From: an uncultured archaeon | GTDB lineage: Archaea; Asgardarchaeota; Lokiarchaeia; Sigyniarchaeales; SOKP01 | Assembly: GCA_964486045.1 (NCBI GenBank) | Contig: CAZALK010000002.1 | Span: forward strand, 128,001 to 192,000 | DNA: 64,000 bases | Reading direction: 5' to 3' | In this document: positions 17,590 to 28,600 of the stretch, one piece after another | How the letters are laid out: every line of letters begins with the position of its first letter | Numbering within the stretch: the stretch's first letter is position 1 | Notes under the pieces: generated by a model | The model's database searches: none | The model's input: only the letters and a program-made list of their open reading frames with translations | Told to the model about the DNA's origin: nothing | Position numbers and translations under genes: made by a program

Positions 17590-18756
17590 TTAAGTAATAA
17601 TTAGTTTTTCGATCTCTGATATAAGATCCCTAGGCATTTTTTTTAGTACGCCTTGAGCAGATTTAGGATTTCCCCCACCTTTACCATTATATTTTTTGAT
17701 AAGTGTCTGTAATAGTTCATTTGCATCAATCTTCTCATTCATTGAGAGCAGTCTTATTTTGTTATTGCCTATTTCTACGATGATTAGGGAATTTTGAGGA
17801 AATAAACTTAACATTTTATTGATAATCTTAATATCAGCATTAAAATCGATATAAAATAGCGGAATGTTGTAAACTATTTTAGAAGGTGATTTTGAAATCG
17901 ATTCTAACAATTTTATTAATAAATCTTTTTGTAGAACTTGAATATTTTCAAGAAGATCTAAACGCTTTTTAACGTTTTTCCCTAATTTAGCTATTGGGGT
18001 GTTTATATCGTTGGCAAGTGATATCAAATCTATATTAATATTTGAATTGAGCAGAAGAGCTTTGCTTCCTATATAATATCTAATCTCATTTCCTTTTTTA
18101 AAATCATAAATAAATAAGCACCCAATTTCAGTTGTGTTTTGAACATGTGTTCCCCCGCAACACACTAAATCTAAATTCTGAATTTCTATAAGGCGGACTT
18201 GAGATTCGTCTGGAATTTTACTTCTAATTTCCTTAGCTTCTTCTTCAGCTTGTTTATGTGGAATAATTTTTGAATTTATTTTAAAGTTCTTTAAAGTGGA
18301 AATAGTATTAATCTCATGTATGATCTCTTTTAGCTGGTCAAATTCTAATTTTTGCGATATTTGTATAAAAACTTCTTCAAAATTAATGTTAGCACGGATT
18401 GTATCAATATCATAATTATTTTTTAATATTGCTGAAAGTATATGTTGAGAAGAATGCGATTTCATCAAGCCATAGCGATTCTGCCAATTAATTTCTCCTT
18501 CAATTTTATCTCCTATGTTTAGCTTTTTATGAAAATCAGCAGATGTGTGATGTATAATATCATTTTCTTCTTTACTTACCTTCTTAATTTCAATTTTAAA
18601 GTCTTTTGAAATTAAAAACCCTTTATCACTCAATTGGTTACCACTTTCAGGATAAAATAATGTCTTATCAAGCACAATTCCAGCTTTTTTAATCACTTCA
18701 ATTTTTGCTGTAAATTTGGTTTCATAAGGAGTTTGCCAGTATAATTTTTGAGTCAT
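17590..18756 (-). CDS. AlaX-type alanyl-tRNA editing protein with C-terminal DHHA1 domain
   Basis: LDKTLFYPESGNQ.SD.G, HSSQH, CGGTH, GKGGG...AQG. Confidence 0.88.
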   Translation of the reverse strand: MTQKLYWQTPYETKFTAKIEVIKKAGIVLDKTLFYPESGNQLSDKGFLISKDFKIEIKKVSKEENDIIHHTSADFHKKLNIGDKIEGEINWQNRYGLMKSHSSQHILSAILKNNYDIDTIRANINFEEVFIQISQKLEFDQLKEIIHEINTISTLKNFKINSKIIPHKQAEEEAKEIRSKIPDESQVRLIEIQNLDLVCCGGTHVQNTTEIGCLFIYDFKKGNEIRYYIGSKALLLNSNINIDLISLANDINTPIAKLGKNVKKRLDLLENIQVLQKDLLIKLLESISKSPSKIVYNIPLFYIDFNADIKIINKMLSLFPQNSLIIVEIGNNKIRLLSMNEKIDANELLQTLIKKYNGKGGGNPKSAQGVLKKMPRDLISEIEKLIIT

Positions 18757-18860
18757 TAGCTAATTTCACTTGAAAAGATTAATATGAGATTATATCACTT
18801 AATATTCTAACATATTTCAAATTATAATATATACAAAACGTTATTGTGAGTTGATTTAAG

Positions 18861-19760
18861 ATGGTTGAATTTGTAAGAACTCCAGAGGAACGGTTTGAGA
18901 ATATCCCTAACTTTCCCTATAAACCTCACTATGTCGAAGATCTTAAAGGTTATGAAGAACTAAGACTGTGTTATTATGACGAAGGGCCAAAAGACTCTAA
19001 AGAGGTTTTTTTTTGTCTTCATGGAGAGCCAACGTGGAGTTATTTATACCGTAGAATGATCCCTATTTTTTTAGAAGCGGGATATCGCATTGTCGCCCTA
19101 GATTACTTTGGGTTCGGAAGATCTGATAAACCCATAGAAGATAAGGTTTATACTTTTGATTTCCATAGGAATTCACTTATAGAATTCATAAAAATGCTAG
19201 ATTTAGACAACATTGCACTTTTATGCCAGGATTGGGGTGGCTTGTTTGGGCTTACGTTACCAATGGAATTCCCTAATAATTTTAAGCATTTAATAATAAT
19301 GAATACGATTCTAGGAACTGGTGATTTTGAAATTTCCCAGGGATTCAAAGGATTTCGACAATTTATGAGCGGGACTCAGGATCTGGACGTAGGCCGTTTA
19401 ATTAATAGTGTTACCCAACATTTAACTCCTGAAGAAGTTAGTGCATATGATGCTCCCTTTCTTGATGTCAAATATAAAGCTGGAATTAGGAGATTTCCCC
19501 AGATTGTTCCAACAGATTACGATGCTCCTGGAGCTGAGATTTCGAGAAAAGCTCGAGATTGGTTCCAAAAAGATTGGACTGGTGAATCTTTTATGGCTGT
19601 AGGGATGGCAGATCCCGTAATGGGACTACCTATGATGGAAATATTAAGAGGAATGATTCCTAGATGTCCAGAACCATTGAAGATCGAAGAGGCGAGCCAT
19701 TTTGTTCAAGAATGGGGTGAAATTGTAGCTAAAGAAGCACTAAAAGCTTTTAATCTTTAG
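18861..19760 (+). CDS. Haloalkane dehalogenase (alpha/beta hydrolase)
   Basis: RTPEERF, LHGEPTWSYLY, GFGRSDKP, QDWGG nucleophile, HFVQE. Confidence 0.88.
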   Translation: MVEFVRTPEERFENIPNFPYKPHYVEDLKGYEELRLCYYDEGPKDSKEVFFCLHGEPTWSYLYRRMIPIFLEAGYRIVALDYFGFGRSDKPIEDKVYTFDFHRNSLIEFIKMLDLDNIALLCQDWGGLFGLTLPMEFPNNFKHLIIMNTILGTGDFEISQGFKGFRQFMSGTQDLDVGRLINSVTQHLTPEEVSAYDAPFLDVKYKAGIRRFPQIVPTDYDAPGAEISRKARDWFQKDWTGESFMAVGMADPVMGLPMMEILRGMIPRCPEPLKIEEASHFVQEWGEIVAKEALKAFNL

Positions 19761-19792
19761 TCGAATTAGTTTTTTTGAACTTCCTGACTCAA

Positions 19793-20416
19793 TTAAGTTT
19801 CTCCGTACCATTTATTTATCAAGCTATTTTTTTTTATATATCTTAAAGCGTAAATAGCCACAATTAAAGTAATTAAGGATTCAATATTCCAAATGAGTTC
19901 ATAAATGGTTAAGTTATAGTTTCCCCATTGCCATAGAGAATACAAAAGGAATTCAGGTGATTGAAGTATTACCCATGGAAAAAATAATTCTATATATTGG
20001 TGTGAAGGAAGATCTAGTAAAAGATGTGTAAGTCCACCAATAAAGGCTGAATAAATAGCGACAGTTAGAGATTTAAGACCATATTTCTTATTTTTTAATT
20101 TATCCCAAGAGTCTAAACCTAGGTAATTCATTGGTTTTGATAATCTTCTTCCTTTATTTGCAATTCGAGATATATAAGGAAAAATTACCTTCCGGAATAA
20201 AACCGTTAGTAAGAGTGTTAAAGGTATAGTATAATAAAATAATCCTAAAATGCTATGAGAAATTCCTCTTAGTGTAAATGGTAAAAAAAAATCAATTAAC
20301 GATGTTAGATCAGGAGTAAATGTGCTTATACAAAGAGCTGTACCATCAAATTTATCTGGATACTTTATTTTTAATGCTAATCCAGGAGCTTGGTGAGAAA
20401 ATATTGCGCTTGGCAT
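19793..20416 (-). CDS. Membrane-bound metal-dependent hydrolase-like protein (DUF4184/YdjM-like)
   Basis: SH, PDL, SHS, THLLLD..H motifs within TM helices. Confidence 0.7.
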   Translation of the reverse strand: MPSAIFSHQAPGLALKIKYPDKFDGTALCISTFTPDLTSLIDFFLPFTLRGISHSILGLFYYTIPLTLLLTVLFRKVIFPYISRIANKGRRLSKPMNYLGLDSWDKLKNKKYGLKSLTVAIYSAFIGGLTHLLLDLPSHQYIELFFPWVILQSPEFLLYSLWQWGNYNLTIYELIWNIESLITLIVAIYALRYIKKNSLINKWYGET

Positions 20417-20481
20417 CTAAATAACATCCTTTTTTTCTAAATATATAAAGATTTTTTTTTTTAATATAATATAATTCAAAT

Positions 20482-21795
20482 TTAAATTAAAATTCCATAA
20501 AGATTAGACCCTTCCACTTTCTCTATTTTTACATTTACCAATGCTCCATGTTCACCATTGTATCGATCTATGAGTATATTTTTATAAGCGAAATTTCTAC
20601 CAAACACTTGGGATTTCTCACTCCCATCATGTAAAACCAATACTTCACCTTGCCAACCTTTCCATTTAATATTTGCGTGATCTAAACTATTCCTGAAAAT
20701 ATTTGATAATCTTTTTGATCTCTCTTTTATTATTTTTCCATCAATTTGTTTCATTTGTTTTGCTTCAGTTCCTGGGCGAGGAGTAAATTTTGAGATGTTT
20801 AAGATTTCAGGTTTTAACCATTTTATAAAATTTATGGTTCTATAGAAGTCATACTCAGTTTCACCGGGAAATCCACAAATAATATCTGTTGAAATGGTAA
20901 GATGCTTAAACTCTTTTCTTAAGATGTCGATATTACTTACAATATCTGAAATTAAGTATCTTCTTTTCATTTTCATTAAGATTTTATTACTTCCAGACTG
21001 AATCGGGATATGTAAAAAGTGGTAAACTTTTGGTAATTTGTATATTGAAATTAAATGTTTGATCTTATCAATTAAAAAACTTGGATTTATCATCCCTATT
21101 CTTAAAAAGAAATCAAAATCTAGGTTTACGATTTGTTTTACTAAATCTGATAATTGTATTCCATTATATTGGTAGATGCTACAATCTTGAGATGTAAAGT
21201 AAATCTGTTTAATCCCTTGGTGTAATTGATGTTCTACATTTTTAGTAATATTTTCTGGGTCATAACAGTTCAATTTTCCTCTTGCTTGTTTGACACAACA
21301 ATATGTACAAGCCCCCAAACAACCTTCTGATATTGGAATAATTCCTGTAATTTTCCTTACTGGGTGATTTATTAAAATTTCAGATTTATCAATTGAATCC
21401 TCTGACCTAAAAATAAGATTTTTGTTCCCAAGTTTAATTTTATCAAAAATAGAGGGGATTTCTCTAAAATTGTCTAGATCAATTATAGCAGAAAATGAAG
21501 GTATAATTTTTTTTATTACGTCAATATAATTAGGAGTAATATGAGGTAAACAACCCGCAATGATTATAAATTTGTCTTTATAATTTCGGTAAAATTCATG
21601 TAGGTTTTTCAGACGCTCCTTTATTTTATTTTCAGTTTGTTCTTTGACAGCACAAGTGTTTATTATTAAAAATTGAGCATCTTCCAGTTCGACTTGGGAA
21701 TACCCTGAATTTCTTAAGATATTTGCAATTATATAAGAATCAGCTTTATTTGAAGTACAGCCGTAGGTTTCAATATAAAAAGAATTCTCTGGCAA
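20482..21795 (-). CDS. tRNA methylthiotransferase (MiaB/MtaB family radical SAM)
   Basis: TYGC, NTCAV, AGC, EGCLGACTYC, HIPIQSG, TDIICGFPGE, TRAM-like C-terminus. Confidence 0.92.
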   Translation of the reverse strand: MPENSFYIETYGCTSNKADSYIIANILRNSGYSQVELEDAQFLIINTCAVKEQTENKIKERLKNLHEFYRNYKDKFIIIAGCLPHITPNYIDVIKKIIPSFSAIIDLDNFREIPSIFDKIKLGNKNLIFRSEDSIDKSEILINHPVRKITGIIPISEGCLGACTYCCVKQARGKLNCYDPENITKNVEHQLHQGIKQIYFTSQDCSIYQYNGIQLSDLVKQIVNLDFDFFLRIGMINPSFLIDKIKHLISIYKLPKVYHFLHIPIQSGSNKILMKMKRRYLISDIVSNIDILRKEFKHLTISTDIICGFPGETEYDFYRTINFIKWLKPEILNISKFTPRPGTEAKQMKQIDGKIIKERSKRLSNIFRNSLDHANIKWKGWQGEVLVLHDGSEKSQVFGRNFAYKNILIDRYNGEHGALVNVKIEKVEGSNLYGILI

Positions 21796-21923
21796 ATTTA
21801 ATTCATTTAAAAAGTATATAATAATTTATTAGAGGAACTTGCTTATTAGGTAATAAAAACACTTTTTAATTAAAATAGTCTTATATTACGAAACACATAT
21901 TAATCATTTAGAGTTGGGTAGGG

Positions 21924-22361
21924 ATGTCAACTAAAATTAAATACATGTATTGTAATGTGTGTAAGAATGAAGTAGAAGACCCCAGTAAAAAACCACTTAC
22001 CAGAACGCAAATGACAATTTGGATTATCATTATCATAGCTACAATTGGTTTAGCTGCTATTGTTTTGGCAATTTACTATTCCACAAGGCCGAAAGATTAT
22101 TGTCCTGAATGCCACACTAAATTGGTCAAATCCGATAAACCATTCGAAAAACCAAAGAAGAAACCAGAAGAGATGACCTCAAAAGAAAAAGTACTTGATA
22201 AAGCAGGGATTGAAGAAGAGAAATCCAAAAAGAAAGCACCAAAAAAGAAACCCTCACAAGAGAAATCAGAGGAAGATGCTGAAATTATTTGCCCCTATTG
22301 TGGTGAAGAACTAAAGAAAAACTATCCTACTTGCCCATTTTGTCAATCTGTGTTAGATTAA
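21924..22361 (+). CDS. Zinc-ribbon membrane protein (LITAF-like CxxC-hydrophobic-CxxC arrangement)
   Basis: CNVC, TM segment, CPEC, C-terminal CPYC..CPFC. Confidence 0.7.
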   Translation: MSTKIKYMYCNVCKNEVEDPSKKPLTRTQMTIWIIIIIATIGLAAIVLAIYYSTRPKDYCPECHTKLVKSDKPFEKPKKKPEEMTSKEKVLDKAGIEEEKSKKKAPKKKPSQEKSEEDAEIICPYCGEELKKNYPTCPFCQSVLD

Positions 22362-22503
22362 TTTTAAGAACATCACTTATCAAATAATAATTATTCACAC
22401 ATTAAAAATAATAAAAATATATAGTAGAATGACCAAATATAAAATTAAAGAATTTGAAAACTTAAATAATATAAAATTTAAAACATAAAAGTGAAATATA
22501 AAA

Positions 22504-23274
22504 ATGCCAAGAAGAAGTCGTAAAGCATCAGTTAGAGAACCTCAACCCTTAGATGCGTATAGTTCCTGGGATATTCGTTTCGCAAAACTTATCTACTATG
22601 GATTTATACTCGCATCAATAGTTCTTGTACTTGGAATTTGGACTCTGATACTCACCATAATCATCCCAATTGGGTTGTTCGAATTTTTCGCAGGACTCCA
22701 GTTAGGATTTCAGATTGCTATCATCGCTGGTATGATTACAGGACACTTGTTCTTATTAGTTCTTTTTTATACTCTTTTTCGCGGAGGTATGGTGCGGTTA
22801 TGTCAAACTTTATTTAAAGACCGACTTGTAGCAAAAAAATGGGAAGATTATTACGGACTTAGAATGCTTGTAGGCGTCTCTCTCATTGGTCTTTACATTA
22901 CAATACTAAGTCTTCTAATAGGTCTACTTCCAACTGTATTATTTGAATCTATTGGACATTTATTTTTATGGATGTTTAATTGGACGCAAGCAAAATATTG
23001 GTTCTTATGGGCTGGACTCATAATCCTTATAATAGTAGGAATAATATTCATCGGTTTGGCACTATGGAATAGAGGTGTTTTTTGGGTTCTTAGTCACGTG
23101 AAAGAAATAGAAGAAGAAATGGAGATCGAAGAAGAAATCAAAAAGGAAGCCATTAGAGACTCTGATGAGAGAACTCTTAGAGACATTTACAAAAAAGAAT
23201 CAGGACAGAAAGCAATCTATAAAGGTAAAGAAACTAAAGGTTATCAAGAGTGGAAACAGAAATTAGGGGCATAA
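22504..23274 (+). CDS. Hypothetical multi-pass membrane protein
   Basis: Four long hydrophobic segments and a charged C-terminal tail. Confidence 0.75.
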   Translation: MPRRSRKASVREPQPLDAYSSWDIRFAKLIYYGFILASIVLVLGIWTLILTIIIPIGLFEFFAGLQLGFQIAIIAGMITGHLFLLVLFYTLFRGGMVRLCQTLFKDRLVAKKWEDYYGLRMLVGVSLIGLYITILSLLIGLLPTVLFESIGHLFLWMFNWTQAKYWFLWAGLIILIIVGIIFIGLALWNRGVFWVLSHVKEIEEEMEIEEEIKKEAIRDSDERTLRDIYKKESGQKAIYKGKETKGYQEWKQKLGA

Positions 23275-23327
23275 AATAAAGAGTAATAAAAAATAAAATC
23301 ATAATTTTTTTTATATCTTATTTAAAT

Positions 23328-24233
23328 CTATTTTCTCATCATTCGAGGGTTCTTGAATAGATCTAATTCTTGTTTCGGAGGTTTATAATTTGAAGTTGCT
23401 GTTTTTTTCATCTTTTTATAGAGTCTTTTGACTAATTTTTCTGCGTCATGCATGAAATTACAAGCTATTGAAAATAAAGTCAAATATTTAACAAAGGTCT
23501 TATCCTTTGCATATACTTCATTATATATCTCGAGTTCAAAATTTTTTTTTACTCTTTGACCATCAATTCTAGCAATTTTTTCATCTCCAAGAAAAATATT
23601 GTAATTTCTTCCGGGTCCAATTACACCCTTACACCTGATCATCTGAAGTTTATCTCCTGCTTGTTCAGGAAGGAGGGGGAATGTCCATCGTGTTCCCATC
23701 AACCTAAATCCACGTACTACACGAACTAGATTAATATTACCAGGGATTTGCATAAAGAATACAGGAGCAGGAGATCTAATTTCAAAACTTTGGATTAATG
23801 AATGTGTAACACTTAATTCGATTCCTGCCTTGAAATTACCTCCTTTTTGGTTACCATCCATTCCTTCTTCCATGATTGTAAAATAACGGCAAATTAGCCT
23901 TCTTTCTTCAATAGGTTTTTCTTGCCAGTCATCCTTGTTAAAAGCGATTATAAATTTTTTCTTACCATCAATTTCAATTACACCCTCAATATCAAAGCTT
24001 TTGGAAAAATATCGTGTTTTAGCTTGATATTTGAGCTGTTGATGAATTCCCAGTTCTTCATCATGTAAGCGAGTACGCCAAAAATTAACTTTTACTTTTT
24101 TATATACAGCTTTTTTAGGTTTTGGAGGTGCTGTAGGTGCGGCAGCTTTCTTAGGGGCTTTTTTTACGGCTTTTTTCTTAACAGATTCTTTTTTAGTCTC
24201 TTTAGGTATTTCTTCTGATTTTTTTTTTGCCAT
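23328..24233 (-). CDS. Hypothetical protein with Lys/Ala/Pro-rich N-terminal tail
   Basis: 301-aa ORF; basic low-complexity N-terminus. Confidence 0.75.
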   Translation of the reverse strand: MAKKKSEEIPKETKKESVKKKAVKKAPKKAAAPTAPPKPKKAVYKKVKVNFWRTRLHDEELGIHQQLKYQAKTRYFSKSFDIEGVIEIDGKKKFIIAFNKDDWQEKPIEERRLICRYFTIMEEGMDGNQKGGNFKAGIELSVTHSLIQSFEIRSPAPVFFMQIPGNINLVRVVRGFRLMGTRWTFPLLPEQAGDKLQMIRCKGVIGPGRNYNIFLGDEKIARIDGQRVKKNFELEIYNEVYAKDKTFVKYLTLFSIACNFMHDAEKLVKRLYKKMKKTATSNYKPPKQELDLFKNPRMMRK

Positions 24234-24399
24234 AGATAATCATAACTTTTTACTTTTGATTTAAAATTTTACTTTTTTATAATTAACATTTCACTAGGAT
24301 ACTTAATAATTTTTATTCATTTTAAATTTGTTTACAATAAGTTTTATTAACAGAACCCGCAAAAAAAATAATAAAATTATTTGAAAGATATAAAAAAGA

Positions 24400-25479
24400 C
24401 TAAATTTCCTCTAATTCTGCATTTATTATCTTAAGGAGTTCAGGGGTGATTTGGCCTGGAAAATAAAAAGCTAAAATTTTCACTGTAGCGCGTAAAAAAT
24501 GACTTATTATAGGCAAATCAATTAAAAATTTAATATGTTTGCTAAGAATTGCTCTTGCTTTTGTATTTGCTAATAATTCGTCTATCTTAGAATCTACAGT
24601 CAATAGAGGTTTTCCTCTTATCAGATCGTCATTAAAACCTCGATCAATAGATCTACCTTGCACAAATGTCTTATTAAAGTTATACACTGCCTTAAAATCT
24701 ACTTTATCTATGAGATTATATGTTTTCATTGAAATAAATGACGATGTAACTTCAATAACCTTAAATTCAAATGGAGATTCAGGAAATGCTGAAACCGAGA
24801 TGAAGTGGACATTATTTTTTTCAATATGAGCATTAATATGTGTATGACCATGAAAAATTCCTCGAATTTGAGGTGATTTTCCAAGAAGTTCCATGAATTG
24901 GTTGGTTAATAATTGACCAGATTCAAAAAATGGAAAATGCAAACCTGTTTGACTAGAGGGAATACCTACAATCGAAGTATGGGTAGATAAAAAATGAATA
25001 GAATCAGGATATTCAATAAGTTTTTGATGCATGGTATCAAATTGATTAGGTAAGTAAAATGGGTTCAAACTTCTTTCCCAAAAATAGGGCTTATCTATTT
25101 CCCATTGATTAGGAATAACATGTATTAGAGTGTTGTCCGAGTGGATAGTGAAATTTGGACTTTTGTCTAAAAAAAATTCTGGAGCTTTTTTTAACCACAA
25201 TTCAAAACCGTTTTCAACAGTTAAATCATGATTTCCAAGACAAAGATACACAGGAACCGATAGATCAAAAAGTTTTCGAGCAAAATTAATGTCAGTAGCT
25301 GTATCATTTATCATGTCCCCACCATGGAGAATAAAGTCTACATCTCCTTCTTTTTTTATCCAATTATCCAAACAAAGTAAAATAGTCTTGATTCTATCTA
25401 CATAAGATTTCTGTTGAGTATAAGCCATATGACCAGCTCCACCGATATGTGTATCTGAGATAAATATGAATTTTGTCAT
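24400..25479 (-). CDS. Calcineurin-like metallophosphoesterase
   Basis: SDTH, GGD, GNHD, GHTH motifs. Confidence 0.88.
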   Translation of the reverse strand: MTKFIFISDTHIGGAGHMAYTQQKSYVDRIKTILLCLDNWIKKEGDVDFILHGGDMINDTATDINFARKLFDLSVPVYLCLGNHDLTVENGFELWLKKAPEFFLDKSPNFTIHSDNTLIHVIPNQWEIDKPYFWERSLNPFYLPNQFDTMHQKLIEYPDSIHFLSTHTSIVGIPSSQTGLHFPFFESGQLLTNQFMELLGKSPQIRGIFHGHTHINAHIEKNNVHFISVSAFPESPFEFKVIEVTSSFISMKTYNLIDKVDFKAVYNFNKTFVQGRSIDRGFNDDLIRGKPLLTVDSKIDELLANTKARAILSKHIKFLIDLPIISHFLRATVKILAFYFPGQITPELLKIINAELEEI

Positions 25480-25619
25480 TTTTCTTACTTCTTTTTTTTA
25501 CGATTTCCTTTTCATTTTTGCTCTTTTATCTTATAGTCAAAAAATTTGATGTAGTTTTTAAAAAAAATTGTATTAAATTTAGAATTATTGTTATCTTAGG
25601 TTCAGATATAAGCTACTTA

Positions 25620-28600
25620 TCACTTATCAAAATTTACTTCACATTTCCCTTCAGCATCACAGAATTTACTTCCAATTTCACGATCTTTTGTCTCATCTAA
25701 ATTAAGAGGTGTAATTTTTTCTATCATTTCTTCATAATCTTCTTTAGTTATTTCTTCATAAGGAGCTTGTTTATATCCATGTTCTTTTATAGGTAGAAAA
25801 CTAGCACTTTTTAGTTTATCTTCATAGGCTTCAAGAACGTATTTAATCTGGTTTGCTTCTTCTTGTTTGAAAGTAATGGTTATTGATACTTGGTTATCTG
25901 ACCAATAATGTTGATAAGCTGCAGCATTTTCTGCTTGTTCCCAAATTGAAACGTCATTTTTGGAACGATCAAAAAATTTCTCATGAATTGGAAACTCAGC
26001 TACTACAGTATTTGGTGAATATGAGTCGTCTTCAATTTTGTAACCTGCATTTTTTATATTTGGGATCAAATCGGAATTTTTTGAAAGTCTGATTCTTCTA
26101 ATATAATATTCTGAATGGGGATAATGGATACCGGGAGGTACTCCGGGGAGTAAACTTACTGTGCCGCTAGGTTTAACAGTTGTGATTTTGACAGACTTTG
26201 GGATGCATAACCAATCTGAATATTGCTCATCTAACTCTCGTAAGTATTTATAAGCCTTATCACACCAATCTAGTATTTTTCTTTTACCATGCTTAACGAA
26301 TGCCTCAATTATACCAGTTTGCGAAATTCCCATCCTTCGATTTTTTAACATTACTGCGTTAGTTTCTTGCCAATGAGTGTTGACAAGCGTGACTGATTTT
26401 GAATATAAATAAGCGTATTTTAAAGTCTCTTGGAATTCTTCATAACTCTCATGACGTGATGGAAAAGTTTCAACCAGACACTGGTATGTAAGAACATTTC
26501 CAAAGATTCCCATATGGTTTATAGGTTCATTAAAACAGTATACTAATTGGAGTTCTTTTAATTTTTCGACTTTTATAATTTTTTGCTTACGAGTCCTATC
26601 AATCATTTTTCCTTCTGGATGGCGATTATTGATTGCATATCTTGGACCTATTCGCTTGGCTTTTTTAATTCTAGTAGAAATCTCCCCACATTCATATGAA
26701 GGAATATATAAACAATATATATTATAATTCCTAATACCATAATTTGTTTCTTCTCCAGCATCACCCGCAGAATACATAGTGGAATGATTGATCCCAATTC
26801 TGCGCAAGAGAATTTGAAGATCTCTAATTTTTTCTTCATTCCCAAAGATTCGATAATTGTCAGTATTTACTTGATGAAATAAATTTCCATCAGTCTCAAT
26901 TAATCCTGCTGTAAATTCAAGGATTGATTCTTGATCCCAACTAAAGATTATGTCAGGAAGACCTCGCGATTTATCGTTTAAATGTTCAGCTATTTTTGGA
27001 TCAATAACATCTTTAAGATTCAGTCGGTTATATGGTTCATTATATCCTTCTTTTATTTGTTCTTTATACCAAGTTCCCTTAACATCCAAATCCTTTAATT
27101 TTGATTTCTCTCCACATATGGAAACCATTGGATAAACTTTATCAATATACCCATCACCTGAAAAAAGTCCATATTCAAATGCATTTGGTTCATAAATCCC
27201 TCCATATTCTTTGTCAATTTCAAATGGTATAATATAATCTCCCAAATTAAGATCTTTTGTTTCAACAGAACGGAAAACTCGAGCTGTTGATGGACGAATA
27301 TGCCAATTATGATCTGAAGTGCAATCTAAATAAGATCCGTCTGAGATATACACACGGAAAATCTCTTTATCTTTAGCTGCGAGGAAAGGTTTAATTCTAG
27401 ACCATTGATCTCCATTCCAGATTTCTACTTCTTTATCAACTACATCTGCTATTCGAGGAGCTCCATTTATAGCTTGAATTCTTGTATCTCCTGTTACACA
27501 ACAGAGTTCGAAGGATTCTAATGTCTGTTCCCCGCAAGGATTAACTCCCGCTGCTTTTTTATCTTTGTAATCTGGATCGTCTCCCATTCTTGAGTAGGCT
27601 CTTGCATTTTCTAACCATAAGATTCCAGGTTCTCCATTCACGGCAATTTGATTTGCTATAAAGGAATAATCCAGACCCTTAACAGCAAACACAGAGTTGT
27701 TACTAGCCCATCTATGAGAATATAATGCTTCTTCATCTTGTTTACATGTTACAAAGTCTAAATCAGTAGGATCGCCTAAAGCAATCTCAGCACTTCTGCG
27801 TACATTTCCCGCAACCACACACTTGCCTATATAATTCATAATATCTACAATATCAACGGATGATATTATCTGCCCTATTCGTTTTTCGAGAATTTTCTGT
27901 ATATCTTCGAGCATCTCTTTCAATGGCGCTGGTCCAGAAGCGATACCCCCAAATCCTCTAATTGGAACCCCAGCTAGTCTAATCTTACTGAAATCTAATA
28001 TAGGTGCTTGCTTTCCTAAGAAATAGGCTTCGAGTATTAATTTTAATGCTTCTACCCACCCTTCTCGACTATCCGGGATTTCAAAATTGAATGTTCCTTC
28101 ACTTGGTTTCTTTATTTTTATTTTTCCTGCCCCTTTAGTATCAAATCCAACACCTACTCCTAACATCAAAGCATCCATAACAAATTCAAAGGCCTTCGAG
28201 TTTTTTAGATCAATATCTTCAGTAGATGCGAACCCACAATTATTTAAAGACATCGAACCGTGACGTGCAATAAATTCGGTACCCATCATCCATAATCCAC
28301 GACCAGGAGGGGATAGCTTAAAATTCCAAATCTTGTTAAACATAGTTTGAGCTGATTTCTGAGCTTTATCATCACTCCATGGTAGACTTAATTTTACACA
28401 ATGTTCCTTCTGGATTGAATAACAACCCTCCACTACTCTTCGGAGGGTCTCCCAGAATTCTTCTTTGCGGTTTTCTCCTTCAATTATCCTCGCATAAGTT
28501 CTTTTATAGGTAATATACCCAATAGGGCCCCAATCTGGCTGTTGACCTTTAAATGGATCTAAAAATAATTCATCTAGTTTGAATCCAACACTTTCCAAAT

